Assembly (NCBI GenBank): GCA_026025075.1 | Contig: JAPEUI010000002.1 | Location: 186,001-250,000, forward strand | DNA length: 64,000 bases | From: Vezdaea acicularis | Lineage: Eukaryota | Direction: 5' to 3' | Shown: positions 62,917 through 64,000 of the stretch, piece after piece | Layout: each line of letters starts with the position of its first letter | How positions within the stretch are numbered: position 1 is the stretch's first letter | The notes under the pieces: model-generated | The model's database searches: none | What the model was told of the DNA's origin: nothing | The model's input: the letters and a program-made list of their open reading frames with translations, nothing else | Made by a program: the position numbers and the translations under genes

Positions 62917-64000
62917 CTACTTGTATCCCTCCTGAGATCCTAAGGCCGCTTCCAGCCGCTGCACCGTGGCCTTGGAGAGCGTGCAGTCCAGCGCGGTCCG
63001 TCCATCCTGATCCCGCGCCGCGACGTCCGCCCCGCTCCTCAGAAGCAGCCGAACGATGCCCTCGTAGTTCAGTAGCAGCCGACGCACGCTCTCATTGTAT
63101 CTTAAGCCAACCCTCCGCAGCGCCGTCCAGTCAGTCCCATCCTGCACTGTAGTGCCTGTACCGCTCTCCAGCAGCAACCGCACCACGGCATCATGGCTCT
63201 CCAAAGCCGCTTTCAGCAGTGATTGAGCCACGGCCTTGGGGTCCTCTATAATCGGTTCCCACAGCGCTATGTCTATATAGTTAGACTGCCCCGCGATGTC
63301 CAGTAGCCTTCGTACCGCAGCATTGTTGGCGGAAGCTGCGTGGTGCAGCGCCGTCCATCCAGACTTATCCTGCGCCGCGACGTCGGCCCCGCTCTCCAGT
63401 AGCAGCCGTACAACCGCCTCGTGGCCCTTGTTGGCCGCCTTGTGCAGCACCGTCACTCCAGTCTCAGTCTGCGCCGCGACGTCCGCCCCGCTCTCTAGCA
63501 GCAGCCGTACAACGGCTTCGTGGCCCCTGAAGGCCGCCTCGTGCAGCGCTGTCCATCCAGTCTCACCCTGCGCCGCGACGTCCGCCCCGCTCTCCAGCAG
63601 CAGCCGTACAACGGTCTCGTGGCCCCTGAAGGCCGCCTCGTGCAGCGCTGTCCATCCAGTCTCACCCTGCGCCGCGACGTCGGCCCCGCTCTCCAGCAGC
63701 AGCCGTACTACGGCTTCGTTGCCCTTGAAGGCCGCCCCGTGCAGCGCCGTCCGTCCAGTTCTATCCTGCGCCGCGACATCCGCCCCGCTCTCCAGCAGCA
63801 GCCGTACAACGGTCTCGTGGCGACTAGAGGCTGCCACATGCAGCACCGTCCATCCAGTTTCACTCTGCGCCGCGACGTCGGCCCCGCTCTCCAGCAGCAG
63901 CCGTACAACGGTCTCGTGGCCGCTAGAGGCTGCCACATGCAGCACCGTCCATCCAGTCTCATCCTCCGCCGCGACGTCGGCCCCGCTCTCCAGCAGCAGC
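62917..64000 (-). CDS. Ankyrin-repeat protein, C-terminal part (5' end outside the window)
   Basis: Frame stays open to the window edge, with about seven near-identical 33-aa (99-bp) units G.T.LH.AA..GHE.VVRLLLESGADVAAQ followed by degenerate repeats. Confidence 0.93.
   Translation of the reverse strand, partial: LLLESGADVAAEDETGWTVLHVAASSGHETVVRLLLESGADVAAQSETGWTVLHVAASSRHETVVRLLLESGADVAAQDRTGRTALHGAAFKGNEAVVRLLLESGADVAAQGETGWTALHEAAFRGHETVVRLLLESGADVAAQGETGWTALHEAAFRGHEAVVRLLLESGADVAAQTETGVTVLHKAANKGHEAVVRLLLESGADVAAQDKSGWTALHHAASANNAAVRRLLDIAGQSNYIDIALWEPIIEDPKAVAQSLLKAALESHDAVVRLLLESGTGTTVQDGTDWTALRRVGLRYNESVRRLLLNYEGIVRLLLRSGADVAARDQDGRTALDCTLSKATVQRLEAALGSQEGYK

Noticed and set aside
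44868..64000. Starship or other mobile element inserted at the tRNA
   Set aside because: No tyrosine recombinase captain, transposase, terminal repeats or target-site duplication seen in the window.

Overview
Gene-dense, intron-rich eukaryotic DNA from a filamentous ascomycete (Pezizomycotina; short GT-AG introns with CTRAY-type branch points). The left ~43 kb is mostly conserved housekeeping genes: a Gyp5-like TBC RabGAP, importin-beta, APC4, delta-COP, a NIPA Mg transporter, choline kinase, a Sac-domain phosphatase, Ssh4, class II cAMP phosphodiesterase, Pbs2 MAPKK and UreG. It also carries a secreted beta-propeller protein, an acidic DUF2420-like protein and a thioredoxin-like membrane protein. 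From ~43 kb the content looks more accessory and parts are GC-richer: a small secreted Cys protein, an intron-containing tRNA-Asp, a DUF726 protein, a degenerate 19-bp tandem array, a 7xWSC copper-radical oxidase, an unknown multi-TM protein, an MFS transporter, an AAA ATPase and the 3' end of a gene with near-identical ankyrin repeats. No transposon, rRNA or CRISPR was seen. The best leads are (i) a candidate regulatory peptide uORF plus an alternative internal start at choline kinase, (ii) an in-frame, stop-free optional intron carrying all four cysteines of the acidic protein, and (iii) an ankyrin array variable mainly at binding-surface positions (NLR-like). Gene models were spliced by eye, and no database search was run.
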